Positions 16,426 through 28,300 of a DNA stretch of 64,000 nucleotides are shown one piece after another. The notes under the pieces were generated by a model, which was not told the origin of the DNA, searched no databases, and worked only from the letters and a program-made list of their open reading frames with translations. This stretch comes from Clostridiaceae bacterium (GTDB lineage Bacteria > Bacillota > Clostridia > Oscillospirales > Acutalibacteraceae): the NCBI GenBank assembly GCA_016297645.1, contig JAEDGF010000002.1, forward strand, positions 5,266 to 69,265, written 5' to 3'. Numbering within the stretch: the stretch's first letter is position 1; every line of letters starts with the position of its first letter. A program made the translations under genes and the position numbers.

Positions 16426-17678
16426 TGAAAAAAAATGCTTTGCCCGAGCTTGCCGTAATCGGCGGCGGAGCGTCCGGACTTGCGGCAGCGGTTTTTGCGG
16501 CAAAAATGGCGCGCGGAAAAATCAGAATAACCGTTTACGAGGCAAATCCCCGTATCGGCAAAAAGCTTCTTGTGACCGGAAACGGCAGGTGTAATTTTTC
16601 TAACCTGAATATGGATTCGTCGCATTTCAACGGTGATGCGGTTCTCGCCGAAAATGCACTCAAACTTTTTTCGACGAATGATACCTTGGAGTTTTTCAAA
16701 GACGGCGGTGTGTTTTACAGGGCGGATAACGCAGGCAGGATATATCCGCTGTCAAATCAGGCGTCATCCGTACTTGATTTTTTCAGAGAAGAAACGCTTT
16801 TATCCGGAGTTTACATCGAAACTCAGTTCCCGGTTACGGAAATTTCGGTAAAAAACGGAGGCTTTTTGATAAACGGCTGCAAAACGGCAGACGCCGTGAT
16901 AGTTGCCTGCGGAGGAAAAGCAGCACCCGTGCACGGTAGCAACGGCGAGTTTTTTTCGGTTCTGAAAAAGCTCGGTATTTCCGTTACACCGCTTTATCCG
17001 GCGCTTACACCCATTTGTATCGACGGCTTTACAAAAGCGTTGAAGGGAATAAGAGCCGAAGGAACAATTACGATCCGTCAGGGCGGTAAGACGATAGCGT
17101 CCGACAGGGGAGAGCTTCAATTTACGGAATACGGTATTTCGGGAATTCCGGCTATGCAGGTTTCGGGAAAAACTGCCACGGTGCTTTCCGAAAAAACGCC
17201 TGTTTTCGCATATGTGGACTGTGCCCCGTCCGTTTCAGCCGAAGAATTGAGGGAGTTTATTCTCCGCTCATTGAATACCCGTCCCGAAAAACCGGCGGAA
17301 ATGCTTTTGTCGGGAATCATGCCGAAAAGGCTTTCGGTTTACCTCTTAGCTGAACTTTCGTTTAAGCCGGATAAACCTATCAAAACGATAAATCCCGGCG
17401 CCGTCGACAAAATTATTGCGGCGGTCAAGAATAAAAAATACAAAATTTCGGGCATAAAAGGCTTTGCGGACGCGCAGGTGACCTCCGGAGGTGTTCCCGC
17501 GTCGGAATTGAATGCAAATACGCTTGAACTGAAAAAAATAAAGAATATGTTTGTTTGCGGTGAAGCCGTCAATGTTGACGGCGAATGCGGCGGATACAAT
17601 CTGCAATGGGCGTGGAGCAGCGCCTACACAGCCGCCGACGCAGCCGTAAAGGAGTTACTCTATGCTCAGAATAAATGA
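16425..17678 (+). CDS. HI0933/BaiN-like NAD(P)/FAD-dependent oxidoreductase
   Basis: N-terminal dinucleotide fold LAVIGGGASGLAAAVFAA, TGNGRCN motif and C-terminal GEAVNVDGECGGYNLQWAWSS, typical of the HI0933 family. Confidence 0.8.
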   Translation: MKKNALPELAVIGGGASGLAAAVFAAKMARGKIRITVYEANPRIGKKLLVTGNGRCNFSNLNMDSSHFNGDAVLAENALKLFSTNDTLEFFKDGGVFYRADNAGRIYPLSNQASSVLDFFREETLLSGVYIETQFPVTEISVKNGGFLINGCKTADAVIVACGGKAAPVHGSNGEFFSVLKKLGISVTPLYPALTPICIDGFTKALKGIRAEGTITIRQGGKTIASDRGELQFTEYGISGIPAMQVSGKTATVLSEKTPVFAYVDCAPSVSAEELREFILRSLNTRPEKPAEMLLSGIMPKRLSVYLLAELSFKPDKPIKTINPGAVDKIIAAVKNKKYKISGIKGFADAQVTSGGVPASELNANTLELKKIKNMFVCGEAVNVDGECGGYNLQWAWSSAYTAADAAVKELLYAQNK

Positions 17679-19269
17679 AATATCCGTTCCGCTCGGTACG
17701 GACGAAAAGCTGCTGAAAAAGGCGGCGGCGAAAGAAATCGGCGTTTTTGAGGGCGATATAACTTTTTTTGAAATCGCCAGGGAGTCGATAGATTCACGCA
17801 AAAAGAACAACATTAAAATGATATATTCCGTTAATGTTGAACTGAACGGTGACGAAAATGCCGTAGCTGACCGATTTGCGTCAAACAAGGTCTGTACCTG
17901 CGAAAAATATAAATATGAAATGCACGAAAATAAACGCGTGTCGCTGTTTCGTCCGGTCGTTGTCGGCTTCGGTCCTGCCGGAATGTTCTGCTCGCTCATT
18001 TTAGCCCGTGCGGGACTTAAACCTCTTGTTATCGAACGCGGAAACGATGTTGATACTCGTACGCGCGATGTAAAGGGCTTTTGGAAGAACAGAATACTTA
18101 ATACATCGTCTAATGTTCAATTCGGAGAGGGCGGCGCCGGTACTTTTTCGGACGGCAAGCTCACTACCGGAATAAAGGACGCAAGGTGCCGCTTTGTGCT
18201 TGAAACCTTCGCCCGTCACGGAGCTCCGGAGCAGATACTTTATTCGTCACATCCTCATATCGGTACGGATAAGCTCGTCGGCGTTGTAAAAAGTATCAGA
18301 CAAGAGATAATTTCACTCGGCGGCGAGGTAAGGTTTGCGTGCCGCCTTAAAGAGATATATGAAGCAAATTCTTATATTCACGGAATATGCTTTACAGATG
18401 AAAACGGTATCGACAACGATATCGAAACGGATTGTCTTGTCCTGTGTATAGGACATTCCGCCCGTGATACGGTTGAAATGCTCTATTCGCACGGGATAAA
18501 GATGGAGCAAAAGCCGTTTTCCGTCGGAGTGCGGATAGAGCATCCTCAGGAGCTTATAAACAGAGCGCTTTTCGGGAAGGAATGGAATAATCCGCTTTTA
18601 GGCGCGGCAAACTATAAACTGGCGAATCACCCTCCGCACGGAAGGGGCGGTTATACTTTTTGTATGTGTCCCGGCGGAACGGTCGTTTGCGCTTCCTCCG
18701 AGGAAAACAGAGTTGTCGTTAACGGAATGAGCGAATTTGCCCGTGACGGTGTAAACGCAAATTCCGCAATTCTGGTAGGTATTGAGCCGGAGCATTTTCC
18801 GACCGAGCATCCGTTGGCGGGAATTGCTTTGCAGCGCGATATCGAATCTGCCGCATTTGAACGCGGAGGAAGAGATTATACCGCGCCTGCCCAGCTCGTG
18901 GGTGATTTTCTTAAAAATAATCCGTCAAAAAAATTGGGAGCGGTTAAGCCCTCATGTACAACGGGAGTTTCGATGGGCGATATAAGAAAAGTCCTCCCCG
19001 TTCCCGTCACCGATTCCATTGCGCTTGCAATTTCGGCTTTTGATAAAAAGCTTGAAGGCTTTGCGCTCCCGGATGCCGTTCTCACCGCACCCGAAAGCAG
19101 AAGTTCCTCGCCGGTAAGGATTCTCCGTGATGAATTCCGGCAGTCATCAATAAAAGGAATCTTCCCGTGCGGAGAGGGCGCAGGATATGCCGGCGGTATA
19201 GTTTCGGCGGCTGTTGACGGCATTCGCTCCGCGGAAGCGGTACTTGACGACTGCGTTGACGATTGCTGA
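17662..19269 (+). CDS. FAD-dependent protein (COG2509-type, uncharacterised dehydrogenase)
   Basis: 535 aa with VVVGFGPAGMFCSLILARAG and GEGAGYAGGIVSAAVDG. Overlaps the upstream gene by 17 nt. Confidence 0.75.
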   Translation: MLRINEISVPLGTDEKLLKKAAAKEIGVFEGDITFFEIARESIDSRKKNNIKMIYSVNVELNGDENAVADRFASNKVCTCEKYKYEMHENKRVSLFRPVVVGFGPAGMFCSLILARAGLKPLVIERGNDVDTRTRDVKGFWKNRILNTSSNVQFGEGGAGTFSDGKLTTGIKDARCRFVLETFARHGAPEQILYSSHPHIGTDKLVGVVKSIRQEIISLGGEVRFACRLKEIYEANSYIHGICFTDENGIDNDIETDCLVLCIGHSARDTVEMLYSHGIKMEQKPFSVGVRIEHPQELINRALFGKEWNNPLLGAANYKLANHPPHGRGGYTFCMCPGGTVVCASSEENRVVVNGMSEFARDGVNANSAILVGIEPEHFPTEHPLAGIALQRDIESAAFERGGRDYTAPAQLVGDFLKNNPSKKLGAVKPSCTTGVSMGDIRKVLPVPVTDSIALAISAFDKKLEGFALPDAVLTAPESRSSSPVRILRDEFRQSSIKGIFPCGEGAGYAGGIVSAAVDGIRSAEAVLDDCVDDC

Positions 19270-19309
19270 ATATCCGTTGATTCTCTCTCAATTCGAAAGG
19301 ATACAGTTT

Positions 19310-20278
19310 ATGAATACTCTTGCTATTATTGTCCCTTGCTATAACGAGCAGGATGTTTTGAAGATGTTTTACGGTGAAATTACGAAAGTGGTTTCTTCCA
19401 TTGCCGACAACTATTCGACAGAGCTTGTTTTTGTAGATGACGGCAGCACCGATAGGACTCTTGAAATTTTGAAAGAGCTTGCTTTGCGCGATCCTATTGT
19501 GAAGTACATTTCGTTTTCCCGCAATTTCGGAAAAGAGGCTGCCATGCTCGCCGGTATGAATTATGCCGTAAATGCTGATTATATCGCAATAATGGATGCC
19601 GATTTGCAGCATTCCCCCGATCTTATCCCCGTAATGCTCAAAAGCGTTTCCGAGGAGGGCTATGATGTCGCTGCGGCAAGACGCTCCAACAGAGACGGAG
19701 AAAACAAGTTCAAGAGCTTTTTGTCCGCATCTTTCTACAAAGTAATAAATAAAATAAGCGAAACAAAAATAAGCGATTCAGCGCAGGATTTCAGAGTGAT
19801 GAAAAACACCGTTGTGAAAGCAATTTTGTCTTTGCCCGAAAAAATCAGGTTTTCAAAGGGAATTTTCAGCTGGGTTGGCTTTAATGTTAAGTGGATCGAT
19901 CACACGAACCGTGAACGCGCCGCCGGTCAGACGAAATGGTCGCTTACAAAGCTCATGAAATACGCAATTGACGGCATTCTCGGCTTTACATCTCTGCCGC
20001 TCAGACTCAGCTTTGCTTTCAGTGCGCTGTTTGCTTTTTGCAGTCTGTTCGGTGTCATATATGCACTGGTGCGCAATATTATCAATCACGATTATATTTG
20101 CAGCATGCCTTTAACTCTCGCCGCAATCTTCTTTGTGGGTGCCGGGATATGTTTGAGTATAGGAATTCTCGGCGAATACACATCGAGAGCATACACGGAG
20201 GTTAAGGGCAGACCTCAATATATAATATCTCAGACAAATACAAGAAATTTGTTTACAATAACAGAAGGAGCAGAATAA
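19310..20278 (+). CDS. Family 2 glycosyltransferase (polyprenol-phosphate sugar transferase, GtrB-like) with C-terminal TM helices
   Basis: LAIIVPCYNEQDVL, VDDGSTD and DADLQH motifs, plus two C-terminal hydrophobic segments. Confidence 0.8.
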   Translation: MNTLAIIVPCYNEQDVLKMFYGEITKVVSSIADNYSTELVFVDDGSTDRTLEILKELALRDPIVKYISFSRNFGKEAAMLAGMNYAVNADYIAIMDADLQHSPDLIPVMLKSVSEEGYDVAAARRSNRDGENKFKSFLSASFYKVINKISETKISDSAQDFRVMKNTVVKAILSLPEKIRFSKGIFSWVGFNVKWIDHTNRERAAGQTKWSLTKLMKYAIDGILGFTSLPLRLSFAFSALFAFCSLFGVIYALVRNIINHDYICSMPLTLAAIFFVGAGICLSIGILGEYTSRAYTEVKGRPQYIISQTNTRNLFTITEGAE

Positions 20279-20279
20279 C

Positions 20280-20480
20280 ATGGTTGTAACAAAAGATACC
20301 AAAATCGGAACAATACTCGAAGCAGACGAGGGCGTTGCACCTTTCTTCCTCAACATGGGAATGCACTGCCTCGGTTGCCCCTCCGCGAGAAACGAAACGC
20401 TTGAACAGGCTTGCATGGTTCACGGCGTTGATGTCGACGATCTCTGCGAGGAGATCAACAACTATCTCGCAACAAAGTAA
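20280..20480 (+). CDS. DUF1858-type small protein (hybrid-cluster-protein-associated redox disulfide domain)
   Basis: 66 aa with FLNMGMHCLGCPSA and a TLEQAC..HGVD pattern. Confidence 0.6.
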   Translation: MVVTKDTKIGTILEADEGVAPFFLNMGMHCLGCPSARNETLEQACMVHGVDVDDLCEEINNYLATK

Positions 20481-21169
20481 TGCCGATACTCGGAACACGG
20501 CTTAAAAAAGCGTCCGAAATGGTTGTGGGCGGTATCCCCCTGATAGATGTGGGTACCGACCACGCCTATCTTCCGGTTCACCTGATAAAGAGCGGTGTCG
20601 TGCCTTACGCTTATGCCGGCGATATCGGTGAAAAACCTCTGAAAAATGCAGAGCTTGCGGTCACACGCTACGGGCTTAATGAAAAAATCAGGCTGTCGGT
20701 TTCCGACGGCTTAAAGGGTTTTAACTTTCAGTTTCCGGATAAGATAAATATTACGATTTGCGGAATGGGCGGAACGCTCATTGTAAAGATATTGTCCGAG
20801 TCGCGGGAAAAGGTCGCTCGTGACGGCGTTCACCTTGTATTGCAGCCGATGACGCATTCCGAGGATGTACGCAAATGGCTTTGCGAAAACGGTTTTTCCA
20901 TTGTATCGGAGGATTGCGTACGCGACTGCGGAAGAATATATTGTTGTATCTCTGCCGACTACACGGGAGAGAATGTAAGTTTTGATGAAGGTTTTTTCTA
21001 TTTCGGTACGCTTACCAAGAACACCGAGGAACAGTCGGCGTTTATTTCGGCTCAGATCGGCAGAGTGCGTAAAAGGCTTGACGCAATTACCGAGGCGAGA
21101 CTTTATCCCGACGAACAAAAGACACTTATTTCGATTTGTGATTACTATGAAAGCAGGTACGGAGAATGA
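20480..21169 (+). CDS. trmK: tRNA (adenine22-N1)-methyltransferase
   Basis: DVGTDHAYLP and ICGMGG motifs. Conserved pairing with the downstream Nif3-family gene. Confidence 0.8.
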   Translation: MPILGTRLKKASEMVVGGIPLIDVGTDHAYLPVHLIKSGVVPYAYAGDIGEKPLKNAELAVTRYGLNEKIRLSVSDGLKGFNFQFPDKINITICGMGGTLIVKILSESREKVARDGVHLVLQPMTHSEDVRKWLCENGFSIVSEDCVRDCGRIYCCISADYTGENVSFDEGFFYFGTLTKNTEEQSAFISAQIGRVRKRLDAITEARLYPDEQKTLISICDYYESRYGE

Positions 21170-21921
21170 CAGTTAAGGATGTTTATGATGCGATCGACAG
21201 CTTCGCGCCGTTTGAATCCCAAAGCGAATGGGACAACGCCGGTATTCTGCTCGGCGATCCGAATCGGGAGGTAACAAAGGCGATAGTTGCGCTCGATGTT
21301 ACCGAATACGAAATCGAAGCAGCGAAAAAAGCCGGTGCGCAGCTTATAATATCGCATCATCCGGCGATTTTTCACCCGGTTAAAAGCGTTCTTGCGTGCA
21401 GTGTGGCTTATGCCTCGATTTCGTCCGGACTGAGTGTTATTTCGGCTCATACAAATCTTGATAAAGCCCCCGGTGGAGTCAACGACTCGTTGTGTGAAGC
21501 TCTCGGCTTGACATATTCAAAGGTTCCGTTACCTGCGGCGTACGGTTTTCTCAATATTTGTACCGTCGACGGGCAGATGAGTACGGCGGAATTTGCAAAG
21601 CTCGTTTCGGACAGACTTTCTGCTGCGGTTTCGTATTCCAAAGGCGCTGAAACCGTACATAAAATCGGTGTTTGTTCCGGTGCCGGCGCCGAGTTCGCCG
21701 AAGAAGCCCGTTTGCTCGGGTGCGACGCATTTTTAACGGGGGATGCGTCTTATCACAATTTTGTCGATTGTGTTTCCCTCGGTATTTCACTTTTTGCGGC
21801 AGGACATTTTGAAACGGAAAACATTATTGTACCTGCGCTGATTAAAAAATTGACGGAGATTTTTTCCGAGGCTGATTTTATTCCTTCCGAAAGGCGCTCT
21901 CCGATCATAACGGTGGTATAA
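21166..21921 (+). CDS. Nif3-family dinuclear metal centre protein (GTP cyclohydrolase 1 type 2 homologue)
   Basis: WDNAGILLGD, ISHHP, AHTNLD and AGHFETE motifs. Confidence 0.85.
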   Translation: MTVKDVYDAIDSFAPFESQSEWDNAGILLGDPNREVTKAIVALDVTEYEIEAAKKAGAQLIISHHPAIFHPVKSVLACSVAYASISSGLSVISAHTNLDKAPGGVNDSLCEALGLTYSKVPLPAAYGFLNICTVDGQMSTAEFAKLVSDRLSAAVSYSKGAETVHKIGVCSGAGAEFAEEARLLGCDAFLTGDASYHNFVDCVSLGISLFAAGHFETENIIVPALIKKLTEIFSEADFIPSERRSPIITVV

Positions 21922-23661
21922 ATGGCTATTGACGGTTTATTTCTGCATTTTATAAAAGAGGAGATCAAAGAATTTGCCGTTGGCGCAAAGGTTGATAAGC
22001 TGTATCTTCCGACAAGGCATGAACTTGTCATATTGCTGCGAACCAGAACGCAGACAAGGCGTCTGTTTGTTTCCGTTTCGGGCAACGCGCCGAGGATAAA
22101 TTTTACACGATTTACTCCCGAAAATCCCGCTAATCCACCTATGCTTTGCATGCTTTTACGCAAGCAGCTTTGCGGCGCTACCGTTACGGATGTCCGGCAG
22201 TTGGGATACGACCGTGTGTTGTTTATTGATTTTGACGCAACAAATGAGATCGGCGACAGAGTAAAAAGAACGCTTGTCGTTGAGATAATGGCGCAGTACA
22301 GTAACTGCATTCTTCTCGATGAAAACGGAGTCATAATAGATGCACTCAAACGAATCGACGCGTCAAAATCTTCTTTCAGAGAGATTCTTCCGCAGCGAAC
22401 ATACGAGCTGCCGCCGCAACAGGATAAACTGAATCCGGAGGAAGCGACTGAGGAGGAAATTCTCGGTAAAGTTCTTTTCTTTACGGATAAAAAACTGTCC
22501 TCTGCTATACTTTCGTCTGTCAGCGGTGTATCCCCGTTGACTGCAAAGGAGATTGCTTACCGCGTAACACTTTCCGATCCGGAAATCAATAAATTGTCCG
22601 ACGGTGTAAAACAGCGGCTTTTACACGAATTAGCGGTTCTTCGCGGATATATCGAAAACGGTGCCGAACCTTGTTATGTGGTTTCCGATACCGGAGAACC
22701 GGTGGAGTTCTCGTTCATGCCGCTGACTTCTCTTTCTTTACGAGGAAAGCTCGTTGCTGAAGAGTCCCTTTCGGACATACTTGACTTCTTTTTTGTCGAG
22801 CGTGAAAAGCTGCTGCGCGCAAAGTCAAAGGCGGAGGATCTGTTCAAAACGGTTTCGAATCTGATTGAACGCACCTCCAAAAAGATAAACAATCTGCGGG
22901 AGGAGCTTTTGCAGGCAGAGGATGCCGAAACAAAGCGTATCTACGCAGAGCTTATAAACGCAAATCTCTATTCGCTGCAAAAAGGAAGCTCCGAATATGA
23001 GGTCGCGGATTACTACAATGACTATAAAATGACAAAGATACCTGCGGCAGAGCATCTTTCTCCGGCGCAAAACGCCCAACGGTATTATAAGGAGTACCGT
23101 AAAGCGCAGACGGCGAAAAAAGTTCTTGCACAGCAGATAGAAGCGGCGTCAGCCGACCTTGAATATCTTGAAACGGTTCGCGATGAGCTGTCGAGAGCCG
23201 AAACGGAACGGGAACTTAATGAAATACGGACAGAGCTTTCGGGCGCGGGCTTCCTTAAAAGCAAGACCGGTACAAAAAACAAGAAAAATGCCCCGATGAA
23301 GCCGCTCGAATTTATTTCTCCGAACGGCAGCAGAGTATTGGTCGGCAGAAACAACACACAGAATGACGCGCTGACCTTTAAGATTTCCTCCAAAAACGAC
23401 ATTTGGTTTCACGCCAAAAAAGCCCCAGGTTCTCATGTTGTCCTCGTCTGTTCGGAGAAAGAACCGCTTTCGGAGGATATTGAGTTTGCCGCCGGAGTTG
23501 CGGCGTGGTATTCTTCCGTCCGTGAACGCGGTTCGGTTGAGGTCGACTACACAAAAGTCAGGAATATAAAAAAACCGCCGGCTTCGCGCCCCGGCTTCGT
23601 AATATATCATGTCTATTCAACGCTTTATGTAAAAGCGATTCGCCCCGAAGATAAAAAATAA
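21922..23661 (+). CDS. rqcH: Ribosome quality-control NFACT-family protein (RqcH / FbpA-like)
   Basis: 579 aa. NFACT-N start MAIDGLFL, coiled-coil middle region, and C-terminal NFACT-R (GRNNTQND...WFHAKKAPGSHVV). Confidence 0.85.
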   Translation: MAIDGLFLHFIKEEIKEFAVGAKVDKLYLPTRHELVILLRTRTQTRRLFVSVSGNAPRINFTRFTPENPANPPMLCMLLRKQLCGATVTDVRQLGYDRVLFIDFDATNEIGDRVKRTLVVEIMAQYSNCILLDENGVIIDALKRIDASKSSFREILPQRTYELPPQQDKLNPEEATEEEILGKVLFFTDKKLSSAILSSVSGVSPLTAKEIAYRVTLSDPEINKLSDGVKQRLLHELAVLRGYIENGAEPCYVVSDTGEPVEFSFMPLTSLSLRGKLVAEESLSDILDFFFVEREKLLRAKSKAEDLFKTVSNLIERTSKKINNLREELLQAEDAETKRIYAELINANLYSLQKGSSEYEVADYYNDYKMTKIPAAEHLSPAQNAQRYYKEYRKAQTAKKVLAQQIEAASADLEYLETVRDELSRAETERELNEIRTELSGAGFLKSKTGTKNKKNAPMKPLEFISPNGSRVLVGRNNTQNDALTFKISSKNDIWFHAKKAPGSHVVLVCSEKEPLSEDIEFAAGVAAWYSSVRERGSVEVDYTKVRNIKKPPASRPGFVIYHVYSTLYVKAIRPEDKK

Positions 23662-23679
23662 CAGAAAAGAGGCAGAATT

Positions 23680-25344
23680 ATGGCAAAATATTCTCTCGGT
23701 ATAGATTTCGGTACACTTTCAGGACGCGCTCTCCTTGTAAATAACGATACGGGCGAGGAGCTTTGTTCGGCTTCACTTGATTATCCCCACGGCGTTATGT
23801 CGGAAGCTCTCCCGACCGGCGAAAAACTCGGTATGGACTGGGCTTTGCAGCACCCTCGGGATTATCTCGATGTGCTTTATACGATAGTTCCGGAGGTTGT
23901 AAAAAAATCGGGTGTTTCGCCTGATGATGTCACTGGTATAGGCGTTGATTTTACCGCCTGCACCATTCTCCCGTGCAAAAAGGACGGTACTCCTCTTTGT
24001 TTTATGCCCGAGTTTATCCATGAACCGAACGCCTATGTAAAGCTTTGGAAGCACCACGCCGCGCAGAAGTACGCTACAAAAGTCAACGAGATAGCGTCGG
24101 CAAGGGGAGAAAAATGGCTTAAAAACTACGGCGGAAAGATATCGTCCGAATGGGCTATTCCCAAAATCTGGCAGGTGCTTGACGAAGCGCCCGAGGTTTA
24201 TGATGCTGCCGACACTTTTATCGAGGCTGCGGATTGGATAATTTGGCAGATGTGCGGTCATGAGGTGCGCAATTCCTGCTGTGCCGGATACAAAGAAACA
24301 TGGAGCAAAAAGGACGGCTTCCCGTCAAAGGACTTTTTTAAGGCACTCGATCCCCGTCTTGAAAATCTTACGGAAGAGAAGCTCTCCGACAAAATCAGTC
24401 CCTCCGGCTCAAAAGCAGGTGAGCTTACGGAAGAAGCCGCGAAGAAGCTCGGGCTTAAAGCCGGTACTGCCATTGCGAATGCAATCATCGACGCTCATGT
24501 TTTCGTGCCTGCCGTCGGAATTGCCGAGCCCGGAAAAATGCTCGCGATAATGGGCACCTCCACTTGTCATATGCTTCTCTCGAAAGAGGGCAGATTCGTA
24601 AACGGAATCGGCGGAATCGTCGAGGACGGAATTCTTCCCGGATTTTTCGGTTATGAAGCCGGTCAGGCTTGTGTAGGCGACCATTTCCAGTGGTTTATTG
24701 AAAACTGTCTGCCGAAATCATACTACGATGAAGCCGAAAAACTGAATATGAATATACATAAGTATCTGCGTTCCAAAGCGGAGAAATACGCACCCGGTGA
24801 AAGCGGACTCATTGCACTTGATTGGTGGAACGGAAACCGGTCGTGCCTTGTTGACGGCGACCTTACCGGAATGATACTCGGCATGACGCTTTCGACAAAA
24901 CCGGAGGAAATTTACCGTGCGCTTATCGAAGCAACGGCTTTCGGAACAAGGGTAATAGTAGAAAACTTCCGCGAGCACGGAGTCCCCGTTGACGAGTTCT
25001 ATGCCGCAGGCGGCATAGCGAAAAAAGACCCAATGACCATGCAGATTTATTCCGATATTCTCAATCTCCCCATAAAAATTGCCGGAAGCGATGAAGGCGG
25101 AGCGCTCGGCTCGGCTATTCTCGGAGCTGTTGCCGCAGGAAAAGCAAACGGCGGATTTGATGACATCTATTCCGCTGCCGCAAAGCTCGGCAAGGTTATG
25201 GACTTTACATATGAACCCATAAAAGAAAATGTTGAAGTGTACGACAAGCTTTATGCCGAGTATAAAACACTTCATGATTATTTCGGAAAAGGCGGTAACG
25301 ATGTTATGAAAAGACTCAAAAATATCCGTCTTTCCGTAAAGTAA
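23680..25344 (+). CDS. araB: Ribulokinase (FGGY carbohydrate kinase family)
   Basis: [18 protein letters not shown]-terminus, 554 aa, FGGY C-terminal motifs. Confidence 0.8.
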   Translation: MAKYSLGIDFGTLSGRALLVNNDTGEELCSASLDYPHGVMSEALPTGEKLGMDWALQHPRDYLDVLYTIVPEVVKKSGVSPDDVTGIGVDFTACTILPCKKDGTPLCFMPEFIHEPNAYVKLWKHHAAQKYATKVNEIASARGEKWLKNYGGKISSEWAIPKIWQVLDEAPEVYDAADTFIEAADWIIWQMCGHEVRNSCCAGYKETWSKKDGFPSKDFFKALDPRLENLTEEKLSDKISPSGSKAGELTEEAAKKLGLKAGTAIANAIIDAHVFVPAVGIAEPGKMLAIMGTSTCHMLLSKEGRFVNGIGGIVEDGILPGFFGYEAGQACVGDHFQWFIENCLPKSYYDEAEKLNMNIHKYLRSKAEKYAPGESGLIALDWWNGNRSCLVDGDLTGMILGMTLSTKPEEIYRALIEATAFGTRVIVENFREHGVPVDEFYAAGGIAKKDPMTMQIYSDILNLPIKIAGSDEGGALGSAILGAVAAGKANGGFDDIYSAAAKLGKVMDFTYEPIKENVEVYDKLYAEYKTLHDYFGKGGNDVMKRLKNIRLSVK

Positions 25345-25372
25345 AAATACTTTACAAAAATCAGGTGCTGCA

Positions 25373-28300
25373 ATGACTGAATTTACCCACTTGCATATAC
25401 ATACGGAATACTCGCTTCTCGACGGCGCGTGCAGAATAAAGCCCCTTATTAAGCGTGTTAAGGAGCTTGGCATGACTTCTATCGCCATGACGGATCACGG
25501 CGTAATGTACGGAGCGGTCGATTTCTATAAAGCCTGCAAAGACGAGGGCATAAACGGTATAATCGGCTGCGAGGTGTATGTTGCGCAGCGTACCCGTTTC
25601 GATAAAGTCCACGGACTTGACAGTGAGCGTTACCACCTTGTTCTTCTCTGTGAAAACGAAACGGGATATCACAACCTTATCAAAATGGTATCCCGTGCGT
25701 GGACGGAGGGATTTTACACAAAACCGAGAGTAGACAAAGAGCTTCTTGAAAAATATCACGAGGGGCTTATCTGTCTTTCTGCCTGTTTGGCAGGTGAAAT
25801 CCCGCAGGCTTTTCTGAATAACGACTACGAAAAGGCGAAACAGACTGCACTGTGGTATCAGAATGTTTTCGGTAAAGACAATTACTTTCTTGAAATTCAG
25901 GATCACGGTTTGGAGGAGCAAAAGCGCACCAACCCCATGATAATAAAGCTTGCGCACGAACTGAACATTCCGCTTGTCGTAACAAACGACGCGCACTATA
26001 TTCTGAAAGAGGATGCGGAAATTCAGAAAATCCTTGTGTGCATAGCAACCAAGCATACGATAGACGAAGATACGGGTATGGGCTTCTCTACGGAGGAGTT
26101 CTATGTAAAATCGGGCGACGAGATGGCGGCGCTTTTCCCCGAGGTCCCCGAAGCTGTCGAAAATACCAATAAAATAGCCGCAAGGTGTCATGTCGGTTTC
26201 AAGTTCGGCGATACCAAGCTCCCGTTTTTCCAGGTGCCTAATGATCAGGATCATTTTGAGTTTTTCCGCGATATGTGCTACAACGGCATGGTCAAGCGTT
26301 ACGGAAAAGACTATCCGCCGGAATACATGGATAGACTTAATTACGAACTGGGAATAATCAATCAGATGGGATTTATCGACTATTTCCTTATCGTTTGGGA
26401 CTACATAAACTACGCAAAATCCGTCGGTATTCCCGTCGGCCCCGGGCGTGGCTCGGGCGCAGGCAGTATTGCCGCCTTTACCTGCGGCATCACCGATATC
26501 GACCCTATGCGTTATTCCTTGCTGTTTGAGCGTTTCTTAAACCCCGAGCGAGTAAGTATGCCCGACTTCGATATAGACTTCTGTTACGAACGCCGCCAGG
26601 AGGTCATTGAGTATGTTGTCAGACGGTACGGCGCAGACCATGTGTCGCAGATAGCCACTTTCGGTACGCTTGCCGCAAAGGGTGCGGTTCGCGATGTCGG
26701 CAAGGTTCTCGGAATGTCCGTTGCCGAAGCGGCAGCCGTAACAAAAGAGATTCCTCAGGAACTCGGAATGACGATTCAGAAAGCCCTTGAAACAAATCAG
26801 GAGCTTAAAAAGATGTATGACGGCAGCCCGATGGTCAAAAAGGTCATCGACACCTCCATTAAAATCGAGGGAATGCCGCGAAATACCGGTATGCACGCCG
26901 CAGGCGTAGTTATCTGCGACAAACCGGTTGACGAATATGTTCCGCTTTTCAAGAGCGGCGACTCTGTCGTAACGCAGTACTATAAGGGTTGGGTTGAGAA
27001 GCTCGGACTTCTGAAAATGGACTTTTTGGGTCTTAGAACGCTCACGGTTATTGCCGACGCGGAAAAAATGATCCGCAAAAAAGACCCCGATTTTTCGATA
27101 GAGAATATCGATGTTGACGACCAGAATGTATATAAAATGCTCGGCGAAGGCGGCACCTTCGGGGTGTTCCAGTGCGAATCCGGCGGCATCCGCGCACTGA
27201 TGATAAATATGCAGCCGCATAACCTCGAAGATATTATAGCGGTTATAGCGCTTTATCGTCCCGGTCCCATGGACTTTATCCCGGCGTACCTTAAAAACCG
27301 ACAGGACCCCGAACACATTCAGTATCACTGCCCGGAATTAAAGCCTATTCTCGATGTTACCTACGGAACTATCGTTTATCAGGAACAGGTCATGCAGATA
27401 TTCCGCGACCTTGCGGGGTATTCGCTCGGCGCCGCTGATATGGTTCGCCGTGCGGTCGCAAAAAAGCAGGCTGATGTACTTGCCGCCCAGCGTAAATTCT
27501 TCCTGTACGGATCAGATGGAAAAGACGGCGGTTCAAAGTGCGACGGCTGCCTTAAAAGAGGGATAAGCGAAGAAGCGGCAAATAAGATATTCGATGATAT
27601 GGCATCGTTTGCTTCCTACGCGTTCAATAAATCCCATTCGGCTGCATACGCGCTTGTAACTTACCGTACGGCGTGGCTGCGCAAATATTATCCGCAGGAA
27701 TTCATGGCTGCGATGCTTACAAGCGTTCTCGATAACACCGATAAGGTCGTTGGCTACATCACCGAATGTCAGACGGGCCTGGGCTTTCAGGTTCTTCCGC
27801 CAAGCGTTAACGAATCGGAGGAGAAATTCACCGTCGTCGGCGATAATGTCCGTTTCGGACTGCTTGCCATTAAAAACCTCGGCAGCGGAGTCATTCAGAC
27901 TATCATAAAAGAGCGTGAGGAAAACGGCATATACAGCAGCTTCAATGAATTCTGCCGCCGCTGTTACGGCAAAGACCTCAACAAACGCGCGCTTGAAAGC
28001 CTTATAAAAAGCGGCGCCTGCGATTGCTTCGGTCTGTACAGAAATCAGATGCTGCTGATGATAGATGAGGTTCTTCTGTCGCTTGAAAACGATAAAAAAA
28101 GCAAGATAGAAGGACAGATAGGTCTCTTCGATCTCGGCTCGGCTCTTGCAAAGGCTGTTGAGATAGCTCCGCCGAATGTACCCGAAATGCCGCAGAAGGA
28201 AAAACTGCAAAACGAAAAACTCACTACGGGACTATATATGTCCGGTCACCCCATGGCCGAATACACCCGTATGGCACAGGCGCTGGGTTCGGCAAAAACG

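Noticed and set aside
15973-16503. 176-aa minus-strand ORF
   Set aside because: It is antisense to the second XRE gene and the start of the flavoprotein gene. It has no RBS and a basic, low-complexity sequence.
25361-26254. 297-aa minus-strand ORF
   Set aside because: It is entirely antisense to the strongly supported dnaE gene and has no recognisable motifs. It is a typical shadow ORF. The same applies to 26537-27328 and 27533-28210.
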